Virus record (IMG/VR): IMGVR_UViG_2695420523_000016
Direction: 5' to 3' (one strand)
DNA from: a virus
Lineage: Duplodnaviria; Heunggongvirae; Uroviricota; Caudoviricetes
DNA: 11,425 bases
The notes beneath the pieces are model-generated. The model searched no databases and was not told the origin of the DNA. It saw nothing but the letters and a program-made list of their open reading frames with translations. The stretch's first letter is position 1. Each line of letters opens with the position of its first letter. The position numbers and the translations under genes were made by a program. Positions 9,206 through 11,425 of this stretch are shown here, one piece after another.

Positions 9206-11425
<2,220 letters not shown>

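Overview
This is a low-GC accessory segment bracketed by two partial IS1 copies in the same orientation (1-126 and 11161-11425). The most interesting content is a translationally coupled two-gene operon (2559-4079): an HNH-nuclease protein with an unassigned N-terminal domain, followed by a 263-aa partner I cannot assign to a family. It has the look of an uncharacterised restriction or anti-phage module, but I could not run any database search, so novelty is unverified. The right half of the window is a decayed lambdoid packaging module: Nu1-like terS, a gpA-like terL broken by a one-base frameshift in a GGG run, and a gpB-like portal cut off by the right-hand IS1. The rest is uncharacterised cargo: three membrane-associated ORFs, a degenerate EAL-like ORF, a lipoprotein, a 4-TM protein and a strongly acidic ORF in the lambdoid moron position. 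No rRNA, tRNA or CRISPR array was seen. All family assignments rest on reading motifs in the supplied translations and on recalled reference sequences (IS1, lambda Nu1/gpA/gpB/gpW, E. coli McrA); GC contrasts are judged by eye.
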